From: Phyllosticta citribraziliensis
Lineage: Eukaryota
Reading direction: 5' to 3'
Length of the DNA: 64,000 nt
NCBI RefSeq assembly: GCF_038025025.1
Contig: NW_027117345.1
Span: 1,488,001-1,552,000, forward strand
The position numbers and the translations under genes are program-made. The notes beneath the pieces are model-generated. The model searched no databases, had not been told where the DNA came from, and saw nothing but the letters and a program-made list of their open reading frames with translations. Shown here piece by piece: positions 11,397-25,604 of this stretch. Within the stretch, counting starts at the first letter, position 1. Each line of letters opens with the position of its first letter.

Positions 11397-12785
11397 GCTG
11401 GCGGTCGCGAAGCTGCCTGGGGCAGAGCGGGTGGGCTGAGGAAGCGGATTTGGATCGTGTCGTAGCGATGCACGAGGTGAAGCAGTAGTAGTGGCTGAGG
11501 CGGCAATGGGGCCAGGAAGGTATTGCTGCGCCGTGTGCGCCCCGCCGATGGGGCTCTCTCAGTGCGCGCGGTCGTGAGAGGTGACGTCGAGTCGGTGTCA
11601 CCCTTGGCGGGCGGGCGATTGGGGACGAGAAGATGGGCGACGGTGAGAGGAGACGAAAGTCGGTGGATGAGAGTGAGATGGCGGAGTGGAGGTGGAAGAA
11701 GAGGAGGAGAAGGTGAAGGAAAGGCAAAGGCGGTAGGGTAGGTAGGGAGGGCAGGGTAGGTAGGGAAATGGGCGGGCGGGCAGAGATGGAATCGGAGTCC
11801 GGTAATGTGATGAATGAAGGCAACAGAAGCAGTCGTTGTCGCATGCACGCAGCGTTCGAGACGCAATGCCTGCCCTGCCTCCCGACTGCCTGCCTTGCCA
11901 CCAAGTTACAGTAGGGCATGTTCCGCCGCCGAAAGCTCGGATGGATGGTGCAGCAGGAGGAGTCTAGGGCCCTGAGTCTTCCCTCACGCTCACCAGTCAC
12001 GTGCCCGTGTCTCCTGGCCAACTGGAACCTCTACCGGCACCGTTATAAGAGAGTACAGTACATACACCTTGGTTGATCCGCCAGCGCCAGCCGTGCGTGT
12101 CACTGCAGCATCCGGGGATTTGCTTTGCTCTCAACCCCAGCTTTGACAATTCCACCAACATGAAGCCCTCGTCCCGGTTGTCATGAGGATGCGTGGCTCT
12201 CGTCTAGCTCTGCTCTGCGACAACGGGGGATTCTCTCGGCTCTCCCACCTTGACCCATACTCGGCTCCTCCGCTTCAGAAACACACACAGGGCGTGCGCC
12301 GGAGGACGACTGACAATTCCGAGGCCAGCGCAGCGTTGACAGAGCGCGCAGCCTCAGCCTGACAGGACGGCGTTCCTGCTTTGGTGCGACGCGTGCATGG
12401 ACATGACATGGACAAATTCAAACACGCGGCTTGGTGCAGTGACAGCGGAGGACAGGGAGGGTGGGAAAGAGGACAGATGTGGTTGAGGTTGGAGGACAGG
12501 TGCCCCGTGGCCGCACCACCTCTTCCACCCCCGGGGAAGCGAAAGATTTGACTGATGGCCGGCCGTTTTCCCGTCGTCATCTAGAAACAAAGCCCACGAC
12601 TTGACATGTGGAAATAAGTTACCGCAGTAGATCAGAATTGTGGTTGCGTCTCGCGCGGTCGAGGCTCTCCCTTGCTGCTTGCTTGCAGTGGTTGCTTGCC
12701 CGCCTTGGCCGACCACGCTCTCTCGCTGGGCTGGCTGGCTGGCTGGCTGGCCGCACCGCACTGTCGAGCCCGCACCACCGCCAAA

Positions 12786-12830
12786 CACCGCACCGCACCG
12801 CACCGCACCGCACCGCACCGCACCGCACCG
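12786..12830. repeat. (CACCG)9 pentanucleotide microsatellite
   Basis: Direct read of tandem CACCG units upstream of KAP104. Confidence 0.9.
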
Positions 12831-13392
12831 CCTTCACACAAGCTTGTTGCTCCACGGCGCGCCAACAACCTGAGCCTCAAACCCTCTCCCCGTGCACCCT
12901 CGACCTCTACCACCGTTGTCCGCCGCTGCTCGTCCCGTTACACAGCGACGTCTCAGCCCTTTCTTGCTCGTGTCTCGACAGCGCACCCGTTCCTGCATCC
13001 GCCCGTCCTGCCGACATCTTCGCAAAAGATTTCTTCTCGCCGTCAGACAAGGCTCTTTTTTTGTCCATTTGAAAAGCCACGCTCCATATTTGCTTCGTCT
13101 GGGAACATGGCCGTCGCACAGTAAACCAGCTCAAGGTACCGCGCTGCTGCTCGCGTAGCACACTTTGTCCCGCACCGGCCTCGTGCTGTTGACCCTCCTC
13201 CTGCATCAGCGACCTCTGCTAACCACCTCCCGCTACCCAGCAGCTGTCATCTCCAGCGACTGGCTTTTTGCGTGCGAAGCATTTATACTCAGACCGTCCT
13301 CGACCCTGCCCCACCACCCCTCCAAATCGACTCCAGACTACTCCCCTCCATCAAGCGAACGCGCAACACCAACACAACACACCTGCCCCACC

Positions 13393-16346
13393 ATGACTTG
13401 GGAACCACAGCCGGAGCCCTTGAGGCAACTGGCCCAGTGTCTCAAGGACTCGTTGAGCGGTCATGATGCCTCAACACAGAAGAATGCCGAAATAGTGCGT
13501 TTTCCCTTGCTCCCGTCTGATCATCACTTGCCCTGAACGCACACCTAACACTTGCTCGACCAGATGCTCAAGCAGGCCAAGACCGCGCCCGACATTGACA
13601 ATTATCTCGCATTCCTCTTGTCCAGCGGCGAGCCTCCCGCTCCCGTCGACCTCTCCCCAGAACAGTACCATCTCGCAAGAAGCGCCGCAGCCATAATGCT
13701 GAAAAACGACATCAAGACCTCGTACAAGGCCATTCCCGACCCCGTCAAGGATTACATTCGCTCCGTCGTCATCAACGTTCTTCAGGATCCAAATGCTCAA
13801 ATGCGGGGCTACGCGGGCAACGTCATAACGGAGGTCGTGCGGCAAGGCGGTATTCTTGGATGGCCCCAGATTCTCTCGGATCTTATCGCCCTGGTCTCCA
13901 ATGATTCTGGATCCGTCTCGCCTCAGGCTCAAGAGGGAGCCATGGGTGCACTTCTCAAAATCTGCGAGGACAACCGCCGCGCATTAGACAAGATCTATTC
14001 GGGCACCAGACCTTTGGATTTCATCGTGCCCAAGCTCGTCGAGTTCACAAACAGCCCCATTCCAAAGGTCCGGGCAAATGCGTTGGCTGCATTGAACTCC
14101 TTCATGCCAGAGCAGCCCCGCGCGATTGTTGACAACCTGGACAGCATGCTCCTGGCCCTATTCCGCCTGGCAACTGACCCGAGCAGCGAAGTGCGCAAGT
14201 ACGTCTGCCGCTCTTTTCTCCATATTGCGGAAATAAGTCCAGAAAGAGTCATCCCGCACATGGACGGCCTGGTCGATTATTTGCTGGTCCAACAGCGCAG
14301 CGTTGATGACCCGGAGCTGGCTCTCGATGCCGCGGAATTTTGGCTGTGTGCAGGAGAGGACGACAATTTGCGGAGCTCGCTTGGTCCGTACCTTTCCAAG
14401 ATTGTCCCAGTCTTGTTGGAGAGCATGGTCTATAACGAGGACGACATTATGAGACTGGAGGGTGAAAACGAGGATGCAGACCAAGAGGACAGACAAGAGG
14501 ATATCAAACCAACATTTGCCCACTCCAAGGCCGGGCGGTCAACGGCAACAAATGGGGATGCGTCGAATCCAGAAAAGACTGCGGCTCCCGCGACTGCTGG
14601 CGACAGGGACGACTTGAGCGAAGGCGAAGTTGATGACTTTGATGATGACGACGACGACGAAGACGGCAATCCAGAAGACCAGTGGAACTTGAGAAAGTGC
14701 TCAGCCGCGGCGCTGGACGTTTTGGCATCTGTTTTCCATCAGCCCGTCTTCGAAGTCACCTTGCCGTACCTGAAGGACAACCTCAAGCATCAGGAGTGGC
14801 CCAACAGAGAAGCTGCAGTCCTGGCCCTTGGAGCCGTTGCGGATGGCTGCATGGAGGTTGTGCAGCCTCACTTGCCCGAACTTACTCAATACCTCATCAC
14901 ACTCCTCAACGACAAGGAGCCCGTCGTCCGCCAGATCACTTGCTGGTCCCTCGGACGCTACTCTGCTTGGGCGTCGCATCTAGACCCCGCTGGCCAGCAG
15001 CAGTACTTTGAGCCTATGATGGACGGCATCCTCAAGCGCATGCTCGACCGCAACAAGCGTGTTCAGGAGGCAGCCTCGTCAGCTTTTGCAAACCTGGAGG
15101 AGAAGGCCGGCAGTCAACTGAGCCCGTACTGTGCGGTCATTGTTCGGCAGTTTGTCGAATGCTTTGCCCGGTACAAGGATCGCAACATGTTCATCCTTTA
15201 CGACTGCGTTCAGACCCTGGCCGAGCACGTTGGACCGGCCCTGAAAAATCCCGAGCTCGTCGACCTTCTTATGCCCGCGCTTATTCAAAGGTGGAACAAG
15301 GTCTCGGATCGCTCAAGAGAAATGTTCCCCCTATTGGAGTGTCTCTCGTACATCGCATCGGCTCTTGGAGACTTGTTTGCGCCGTTTGCGAGACCCATTT
15401 TTACAAGGTGCATCAACATCATCCATCAGAACCTCGAGGAGTACTTTGTTGCCGCCAACAACCCCGGCTTCGACGAACCCGAGAAGGACTTTCTCGTCAC
15501 CAGCCTGGACCTGATGAGTGCCATTATCCAAGCGCTCGACGAGCCAAAGAGCACGGAGCTCGTTGCGACGTCGCAGCCCAACATGCTCGAGCTGTTGGCA
15601 TACTGCATGAAGGACCCCAACAATGACGTGCGCCAATCCGCGTACGCTCTGCTGGGAGACTGCGCCATCTACGTCTTCCCCCAGCTTCAGCCATTCCTTC
15701 CCTCGTTGCTCGAGATTTTGATATCTCAGCTGGATCTGGAGAACTTGGTCCCCGAGGTCGAGGACAACAGCTTCTCCGTCGTCAACAACGCTTGCTGGTC
15801 AGTGGGCGAGATTGCGATGCGCCAAAAGGAGGGCATGGCTCCGTACGTGGAGCAGCTCTTGCAAAGACTCGCGACGATTCTATTCAACGGCAAGATGCCA
15901 ATGTCGCTCAACGAAAACGCCGCCATCGCGCTGGGCAGACTGGGCATTGGCAATGCACAGGCCCTCGCACCGCACCTGGGAACGTTTGCGCCCTTTTTTA
16001 TCAACGCAATCAAGCACGTGGACTGGACGGACGAAAAGGGACATGCGCTCAAGGGATTCATTTACATTGTGCTGTGCAATCCGCAGGCGATGGAACAATG
16101 CCTGCTGGAATTTTTTGCCGAGATGGCGTCTGCACCCCGAGTTTTCCTGTCATCGCCGGAGGTGGACGGACCCGCGGAGCCGTTTTCGAGGGTAAGTCAA
16201 GATGGTTCACGTTTGGATGAAGGGTTGCTGACGATCAAGAGCAGGCACTGTCGCAGTACAAGAACATGATTCCGGACTTTGACAGCTTCCTACACCACTT
16301 GCCGCCGGAGAAGGAGCAGGCTTTGCGGCAGGCGTACAGCCTGTGA
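13393..16346 (+). CDS. KAP104: Importin beta-2 / transportin, 3 exons
   Basis: HEAT-repeat protein of about 940 aa with the acidic H8 loop (EDIKP...DDDDD), WNLRKCSAAALDVLA, RQITCWSLGRYS and ENAAIALGRLG. First exon MTWEPQPEP; last exon ends in TGA at 16344-16346. Confidence 0.95.
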
Positions 16347-18800
16347 AGCAGCATCCATTGATGGCATGCACAGTTGACGTCACGACGAGGGATCTGGGGG
16401 ACGGATGATGGATCCGAAGCGATGACGCAGCGAATGGATGCACGATTCGGCTGGCTCTGGGAGCAAGCAAGCGTGGGGCACTGTAATGAGACGGGACCAG
16501 GGACAGGCATACATAGACTTTTCTTCTTCTTTCTTCGTGGTTGATTTCTAGCGAACTGTCATTTGTACGCGCTGAGCACCGCAGGCACGTTGCATGGTCG
16601 GCACTTGTTTAAGAGTCGACGGGTTTGTTTTTTTCTGACCAGGGGGGTCGACTACGTCAAGTGGCGAGGCAGGCCCCGGGGGAAAGCGATGTGCGGGCGC
16701 AGGTGGTGGTCGGTGTCGCGGAGCAGTCAGGTTCCTTTGATCCATCCGTCCATCAGATTTTCGGGGCGGGACAGCAGCGGGAGGAATCGAGAGAGGAGTT
16801 GTGGACGGTAGGATCTTTTCTTGATGACAGCGGCGGAGGAACCGAACCAGCAGCAGACTAGTAGCTTTTAGACCATGAGTCAATTATGTAGGTAGATACC
16901 TTAGGTAGCAGTAGGTAGGTCGTCTGTTCAGGACGCCGCCCCCGAAGGCCCCCTCCCCTGTCTCTTTTTTGCTTCTTGTTTGCGGTTGGTTAGCAGCTGC
17001 ATACTTGGGGTGGGTTGAGGGCGAGCGGAACGACGAGACAACAAAACAAAAAGCGATATAGCATTCTCAAAAGACGATGGAGATTCAGTGAGCTGCTTTG
17101 ATGAAATGACCATTTCTGGGCGCCGAGGGGAGGAGGGACGGTGCACAGTGACGATAGTGATGGACAAGGCAAAAGTTGCCGAGGGACAGAAGCGAGTGGT
17201 GGGAAAATTGGCGAGAGTAGTGCAGTGCAGTAGTGTGTGTCTACAGTTCGGGAGCGGTAGTCTGACATCAGTCAAGACAACGATGGAGCCGTCCTGGCTG
17301 GCTGGGTTGCCAGGTGCCAGGGCATGACTAGGTAGAGGTAGCCGTAGCAGGGCAGGGCAGGACAGGACAGGACAGGGCAGCAGGTAGGGCAGCAGGGTCT
17401 CGCTCAGCGACAGGGGAGCAGCCGACGCACGACGGAAGCCGTTGAGGCGGTTGGGTTGGAGCGGGCCATTCCTTGCGGAGCCGCAGTGCAGGTTGAAGCG
17501 GCAGCGCAGGGCAGGGCAGCGCACAGTCGTCTGTGTCGACCAAATTCCTTTTTTTTTTTTTTTTTTTTCTCTCTCTCTCTCTCTCTCTGTCTGTTTGACG
17601 ACCGAGGATCCCAAGGTGCCTAAAAGTTGCCGAGGGCGGCTCGCCTGACGAGCGAGATGCGGCGGTTCTTCCGGCAAGCACGGGCAGCAAAAGTCGCCGG
17701 CAATGCAAGGGTCAGGTCTCTTAGGCTCGGAGTGGCAGGGTAGGGCTGCGCCGCAGAGGTCAACTGTGTACCTGGCCAATATTTTTTTTGTGCAGTGCGG
17801 TACAGTAGGGTGGTCTGCCCGCCGCGGTCTGGTCGGGAGAGGGTGGCGCTGCGTCTGGTCCGGGTGCCGTGACGATGATGATGATGATGATGCTGATGGA
17901 GCTGGCTGTGGGTTCCGTAGGTTGTGACGATGATGGCGGCGGGCGCTCCGCTCCGAGCGGCCATGATGACATGACGATGCAGTCGCTCCGGGGAGGGCTC
18001 TGCTCACATGGCATCGGATGGGATGGCACACGGTAGCGACCGGCTGGCTTGGCTGTTTTTGGAGTCTTTGGCGACTAAAAATGGGCAGTGTGGATGTGGG
18101 ATGTGGAATGGTGCCAAGCCAGCTAGACCAATTGGCAGCGCGCGAGACTGAATCGAGCATGGAGCGGGCGAGTAAGGTCAGCTAAGCCGGGCCCCCCGAC
18201 AGACAGACAGACAGACAGAGTAAACAAAGGTGGTGACTTGACGATGCGACGTTGTGTGGTGGGTAAGGATTGTTTGCTTGCAATTCTCAGCCTTACCGGT
18301 GCTACACCTCGCATTCCCACACCCAGTCTCTCGCACGTCTCCAGTCGCCAACCCACTCGGAGCGCTCAGCCACGCTGCTCGGCCAGCCCTGCTCCAGCGA
18401 CATGGCCGCCAGACGGCGCGTGTCGTGTCGCTCATGTTCGTCTCTTGGCGCCGGCCGACGCTGCCCCGACCGCGACCGCGACCCCGACCCCGACCCCGAC
18501 GTGCGATCGACAGCAAAATGGATGGAAGGACTGGTCCGGCGGGCTGTGTTGGCTTCTCGTGCCCTCCGCTCAACCCCAAGCCTCGACGCGGATGCCCGGA
18601 GAGCCATTTTGGTTCACTCTTCCATCCAGCATGCTATGTACAGACGGACAGCCAGACGGACGGACAGACAGGCCATGGGCGCATGGCATGGCAGGGCAGG
18701 GCAGGGCAGGGCTATTTTTGGCATGGCGCTCGCTGCAGTGCCAAAGGGTTAGCGAATCTGTGTGGCATGCACCTGCGGATGCTCGACGCGATCTGACTGC

Positions 18801-18835
<35 letters not shown>

Positions 18836-18925
18836 CTTGGTTATATTTCTTTCCCTTCCCTTCAGCCGTCAGAGCTCAGAGCGGAGGGCAGGGCAGGGCA
18901 GGGCAGGGCAGGGCAGGGCAGGGCA
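18801..18925. repeat. (CTGG)n and (GGGCA)8 microsatellite cluster
   Basis: About 8 tandem CTGG units at 18801-18835 and 8 GGGCA units at 18886-18925. Confidence 0.88.
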
Positions 18926-19692
18926 AGACGTGTCACCCGGCTGGCTGGCCCGGCTGTCAAAAGTGTCAACCAAGTCAACCAAGGGCAGCGCGCGCGTTGT
19001 TGGACGGGCGCAAGGGAAGCAGGCGCTGGGGGGTGGCGGTCTGCTTTCATGCAAGCCATCATGGAGCGGCTGAGGCGTAAGTCATGGTGACCAGCATGAG
19101 CCCAGCACGCCTCTACTACACATGCGGAGGAGGCCGTTTTGGGCACTGCTCAGGTCCGTGGTCCCCTCGCCCCGAAACAGGACCGTGTGCCTGGATCCGT
19201 GTGCTGAGCTTAGCATCTGAGCGTTGCAGCGGGTGGTCACGTTGAGCGTCAGGTCGTCGGTCGTGGAGAAGGTTAATTGATGCCAGGCAGTACACGGCCA
19301 CGAGCACGCGCTGACTACTGACTAGGCAAGTCGAGCGGTGGTTCTATTTGTGGACATGCAGGCCAGTCCCTGCGCCCGCCTCCCTCTGCGAGCAAAACCC
19401 TACGGAACCTCGCACAAGCCATAAGAGTAGCCGGCTGCTCAGCTTGCCCTGCCCACCGAATCAACTCAAACACTCGCTTTGGCTTTCCGCCGTCACGCTC
19501 GTTTCGTTAGCCTCAAAACCTCTGGCCCGACTGACGTATCCGACCATCCTGTCCTCCTTCCAGAACTTCCACCCTTCTGGAATCGCCATCCCTCACCACC
19601 GCCTTGCTTCCCGCGACCCCAACGCCGGAACACCATCACCGACCCCCCGTCCCCGGTCTTAGCCTCCTCCCTCTCCTACTTCCTCTCTCGTC

Positions 19693-21609
19693 ATGGCTGG
19701 TCCCGGTGGTGGCCCTTCGCGCCGTAGCCACACCAAGTCTCGCAAAGGCTGCAAGACGTGCAAGAAGCGGCACATTCGCTGCGACGAGACATTTCCCCAA
19801 TGGTACAGTAGCTTGTCTTTTTTTTTTTTTTTTTTCCTTTCTGAAAAATTTGCCATCGTTGCTAACTCATGTCCGCAGTCGAAACTGCACAAAGCATCAA
19901 GTCCGCTGCGACTACAACGACAACCCCAACTCGGCTGCTCCGGACAGTCCAAAGGCCCAGGGCCCGAATCTCCTCTGGACTCCCGAGATCGAGGCCACGG
20001 TCGACATCTGGAAAGAGACCGGCGAGTTCCCCTTTCCGGAACTGGGTGTCTATCCCCAGCCCCAATGGATGTATTACTCCAAAACCGAACTCCGCCTCAT
20101 CCACCACCTCTCTTCCATCACGACCGAAATGTTCCGGGGCAGGACGTCCAAGTTGACCATCTGGGCCGGAAATATGCCGCAGTAAGTGGGCCGAAAGCAC
20201 CACTCGGCTGGGCCTTGTTCGTATTCACCATCCCACCAACTTACTAACCTCGCCCCTTGCAGGTTCTTGAGCCTCGCAGCCTCCTATCCCTTTGTGATGC
20301 ACTCCATCTACGGCTTCTCCGCTTCCCATCTCGCCTGGATTTCGCAGTCGAGCGAGACGAGGAACTTGGCCATTGCCCACGGCGCAATCGCCCTCAAGGG
20401 CCTCCACGAAGCCATTGGCAACTTTTCGAGGGCCAACTCGGACGCCGTGCTGGCCTCGTCGTTGCTGCTATCATGGCAAGCAATGGACTGGTGAGCTTAT
20501 CGCCAACTCGGTGTTTTGACTGCTGCTAACGAGATTAGGCGGGGATGGGCTTCTTTGATGACGGGCATCAAGACGGTGCGATGACTCTCATCTCAACTCG
20601 CTCGACCTTTGCTGACTTGCTGTAGATTACCAGCGCCATGCCGTCGTGGAGACATGAATCCGCCTTTTCGGATTACATCACCGAACAAGCATCGAATCCA
20701 CCGCAGACGCTCTCCAACAACGCCCCCTCCTTCATCAGCGCAGATGCTCGCCGTGGACACTTGGCGACACTGCAGCTCGTACACTCCAACATCGAACGCC
20801 TCCAACCGTACCTGGTCAACTACGAACAGGAAAGCAAGTGGCTGGACCAGCTCAAAGGATACATTGAGCGACTGCGCGTTTCAAATCCCCCGCAAACCCC
20901 AGAGGATCAGTTTCAACAGCTCTATGCGCTTCGGAAATGGCTGTTTTGGGTGCCGATATCCCTCCTGTCTGCCCGCAGCGGCGACGTCAACGTCCTCCTC
21001 GTGCTGTCCTTTTTCTACGCCGTGGCCGTTGCTATAGAGCCTGTCTTCTCGGATATCGGTGCTTGGTTTTGTGCCGACAACGCCCTCATACCCCTCGAAG
21101 AGATTGTACGATACATCGATGCGTTACAAGCGGGTCACGGATATGCCCACAACCTGCCGACAGTTGCCTTCCTCATGGACTTTCCTCGCGAGACGGCCTC
21201 CAACTACCGGGCGAGGCGTGAGTGGAATCGTCAACACAATGTCGACTTGCATCTGGAGCAAAATCCATATGGGCTGGACACTCTGAATCTGGATCTTGAA
21301 AGCCAAATCGCAGAGTATGGTTACGGACAGAGCTTGAGTCCAGCCTTTGCCGCTTCTCCTCTGCACGTCCAGACGCCGGGAGGAATCATGCCCGAGGCCC
21401 GATCACCATACCTGGAGGTGCCGCGTTCTGCCGTCGACTATGTGCGGCCCAGCAGCGCCTACTCGTCACCCCTGGGCTCCCCGGCAGCAACGTCACTGGG
21501 GTACGGACACGACGACACTGTGTTTGGCTTTGGAAGCGGCGGAGGTGGCGTGGGACTTGGGTACAACACCGGCGGGTTCGTGGCCACTACTCCGACGGTA
21601 TGGACCTAG
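19693..21609 (+). CDS. Zn(II)2Cys6 transcription factor, Upc2/Ecm22-like, multi-exon
   Basis: RRSHTKSRKGCKTCKKRHIRCDETFPQC-RNCTKHQVRCDY zinc cluster split by an intron; a fungal TF middle domain follows (ELRLIHH, YPFVMHSI..FSASHLAW, ANSDAVLASSLLLSWQ). Confidence 0.9.
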
Positions 21610-24600
21610 ACAGACAAAAGGACGAGAGGCTGAAATTTCGATATCGTTTTCTTCCACAGGGATCTTCAGTCTCCTCAACACACACTCCATCACCACGGTG
21701 ACCCTTTCCGCCCTCGATCTTATCCGCACCACCAAGGCGGCTACCCGCACCACCAGCACCATCACTCGGCGCCGGTTCAAATCAGATTCGACAATCAAGA
21801 CCCCTGCTTCAAGGGCAAGGGTAGAGACGCGATATGAAGTTGGACAAGACAAGACGGACGGCCCGCGCGGCCGGGGTTCCGGCCAGGGAAGCGCGGCTTT
21901 GGACTGGCAATGCCTGTCTTGCTCGCCGAGTCATGGTCCAAGGCTGTCTGCCTGGATGGCCAATGAGGCCTTGGGTTGCCGACCCAATGTGACTGTCTTT
22001 AGCTCGTCCACCTTCCGCCCCCTTTCGCATCGTTCGGAACATTCCACGCGCCTTCTTCAAGGATGACATGACCCGCGCGGCGCCGTGGAAGCCTACGGCA
22101 ATGTCTCCTGATAGCTTTCGGCGGTTTTCCAGCTGTCTGGTGCCTCTACAACTGGATCCCAGTACGGTCGACACGTAGCACCGACGGTGCTTGCCTGGCA
22201 TACCCGACATTCGACGGAAAGCAAGGACGGACAAACGGACGGACGCGGGGGGGCTATAGGAGTCGCCGAAGCGTATGCACAAAAGCGCAAACTCTAAACA
22301 AGCGCACCGGGGACGGCGACCGCCGGTTCTTTGCTGTTGCTGCCCCGGCCACCTCCATGGCATTCGCGGACACGCTGGCTGCTGCCGCCCAGTGCTGCGG
22401 GACCGGATCGCGAGTGCGATGGGGCTGCCCGAGAGCCAACTCGGTGATCATTCTCATCTTCGTCCCCTTTCATTCCACCCACCTCAATCTTTCATCAAAT
22501 TCTTTTTCCATCTCATCATCCTTGTGACCTAGCCTCCTGGCATGGTGGCATCATCTTTTCCATTCTTTTCCCCGCATCATCAAGTCTCATTTTACATCAC
22601 CATTACGCAACCCTTGAACCTTCTCCTTCCACCAAACCTACCTCCTCTTTATCCGGATGCCGCCACCACTCATCATTACCTGTCCGGTAGAGGCTGGCAG
22701 TCGAGACAGCACATGTAACCACCTACCTTCACCGGAGCTTGCGCCAAGTCGATTGCATTTCCTGGAGTTTTTATCCTTTTTCGATCTAGGGCCTTTTCTT
22801 TCTTTTTTTCTTCCATCTTTCCCCTTTTCTCTATCGACACGCCCTGTCCTTTTTCATCCTCAAAACCAAAGAATCTAAGCGCACGAGCAAACAAGCAAGC
22901 GCGCTAGAGCGAGTTTTACCTCGAGCCTCCTTCGTTTGTCTTCTCAGTAAATGGTTACTCTTCTTTTTCTCCTTTCCTTTTCTTCTTTCAATGCGTTTTC
23001 TCTCTCACGGCGCTAGGGGAGAAAGGTGGGTGGATCTTTTCAAATCTACGGTCCCTTTCGAGTTCCTAGGCAGCAAGTTCGACGCATGGGTGTGTGGGAG
23101 AGAGATGTTGCGGTCACAGCGATCGAGGCAGATTCGCGAAGTAGGCAAAGTAGTGGGTTTTACAGCTGGTCAGGGCAGGGGGTTGAGGCGAGCACAGTGT
23201 AGACAGAAAGGCAGGAAGCACGAAATTTTTCAAAGCAAAACAAAGCCAGGCAGGAGCAAGCGCAATCAGCAAGGACTCGCGTCTCTTCTCTCTTTCGATC
23301 ATTTGATGGGCAAAGGCAGCCGCGTGGTGTTTTTTCATTCAACAGACTTGTACGATGCGCAAGATGAACAACAGGGAACAAGCTATGACGGACGTGGAAA
23401 GGAAGGGAAAACAAGTAATGATAATGCCCTAATCGACACCACACCATCCTAATGATTCCCTCTCTCCACCTCCGACACCATCTTGTCTTTTTCCAAATCG
23501 TTTATTCATCGTGACGCCGATGACAAGACGATCAAACTGCTCTCTCGATGACTCCCCTGCGCGTCGTTGCTCCGCGGAGCTACGTCCTTGGATGGCTCGC
23601 TCGCACTCGGGCCGGCTATTTCCAGTCGCTCGAGGAACAGGTCAAGGTCAGGTAGGGAGCAAGCCGACTAGGCCAGCCTAGCGCAGCCTAGCCCATCCAC
23701 TGCGGCTACCTTCCTAGCAGACCGGCATGGTGACGACACACGTGGACGCACACAAACTCGGGGGCCGTCAGGGGTCAGTGTTTGAGCACCGCGCGGGTTC
23801 GCGGCAGAAGCCTACAATGCAAACAGACAGGGAGACGAGACGAGACGGGGCAGGGCAGGGCAGGGGAAGGTTGGATGAGATGATGGGAGGCAGCAGACAC
23901 AGGCAACGGCGGCGAGCGAGCGATGGCGTCGCCGCGGTGGTTGTAGCGGACAAACTCTGCTCGGCCTTTTGAGACGCGCGCGCAGCTGGTCGACGACGCG
24001 TGGACGAGGAAGGCTAAAGTGAAGGGCGAGGCCAAGCAGGACAGGAGGAGAGCCGGCGAGCGAAGAGGTTTGAGAAGAGACATGCGGATGTGGCCTGACA
24101 CCGGATCAAACGACTGCCGTCTTTCTAGACTGGACCGGGCAACCGATCTGCCTCTCTGCCCTGCCCCGGCCTCTCAACGACAAGTCCAACTCCCGAGACC
24201 TCAGAGACGCACGCCACGGGATGGGCCATGGGAATTTTAAGTTTCAATAGCATCGCCAGCTGTTGTGATGGGGAAGACATCTTCCACGGGTCCCCAGGGG
24301 CCCAAGGGGTCAGTAAATCAGTCAGTCAGGTGGCGCGCTTCGCAGCAAAACTGTACATGCACACACAACATCCAGCAACCCACGCCGGCGGCAGCCCAAG
24401 GCAACAAGCTCTCCATGTGGCGATTGGCGCACGGGAGGAAGCAGGCGAGTGCCCTGCGGCGTCGAACTCAACGAGCGAACTGTCACTGAACGAACTCCTC
24501 CCGCCATCCCGCCAACCTTTTTCTCTTTGGTGTCCTCGGGCGAAGGCAGGCACCAAGGCAGAAACCGAAACCTCCCCCCCACCCCTCTTCTGAGCTTGTC

Positions 24601-25604
24601 TTGTGTGCATTTCGCATCGTCGCGTCGGGCTTGCCGGCGGCGGTGTGGTGTGGTGATTACTGAGCGGAATCCGATCTCCCCCCCCGAGGCTCATTCTTAC
24701 TCGCTCGATCCGCCGCGGTCTGCGTTGGCCTTTTCGCGTCTCTTTCCTAGTTGGAAGAGCGTGGCAAAGAGTGGAAGAGGATTCTTGTTAGCTAAGGATA
24801 GACAGACAGACAGACAGACAGACAGTAGCGTGGTCGTGTTTGTCCGAAGCATGCATGCCTGGTTGACAGACAGCTGTCACCACGCCTCCTCCCTCTCCGC
24901 CCCAGGTTGTAAGGACATGTACCTTACTCAGTCCGGTAGGCATGGTACGCGAGGCTAACAAGGAAAACGGCTCCAGAGACGCTCCTCGCGTGGCTCTCTC
25001 CCCTGTTTCTGCATGCCATGCCGAAGAAATGCCTGCCTGCCTGCCTGCCTGCCTGCTTGCTAACAACCCATATGCATGTATAATGGGTTGTTTGGATGTA
25101 TGTACGGAATATGAACGTGTGTATGCATGTTTGCAATGCATGTACCATGCGTCGCCCCGCCCCTCGCTTGCTCGCGCGCGCCGGCGGCCAGCAGAGCATG
25201 ATTACTTGCTTGCTTGCCGAAGCGCCCGAAGGGAAAAGTGCCCGACATTTGCCTCTTTGCTTCCTGCCTCTTGCCTGTTGCGCACGAGACCGTCCGCTCC
25301 AGCGTCACCTTGGTGTTCACGATCGAATGAGTGGTTCGGCGGAGAAGCGGTGGCAACAGCACGCGAGAGAGTGAGTGAGAGTACATGTAGCCAGCGCAGC
25401 AACCATCAAAGCAGGCGACGAGCGCAGATGGGATATTGGTAAGCGCGTGGTAGCTTTGAGGGGGGTGATGGGGGGGGCAAGAGAAAAGAAAGGAAGGACC
25501 CACGGCTAGCGCCGCCGCTCGCGGCAAGAGAGTGCTTAATGCCTCTGGTTGCCTTCATGAACCCACTCACCTCAGCACAACAGTCCAAGACAGGACTAGG
25601 CTTG

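Noticed and set aside
16928..18160. 410-aa minus-strand ORF
   Set aside because: Runs through microsatellites and homopolymers (poly-K, ER and PCP repeats) and has no recognisable domain; likely a chance ORF in the GC-rich region upstream of the TF.
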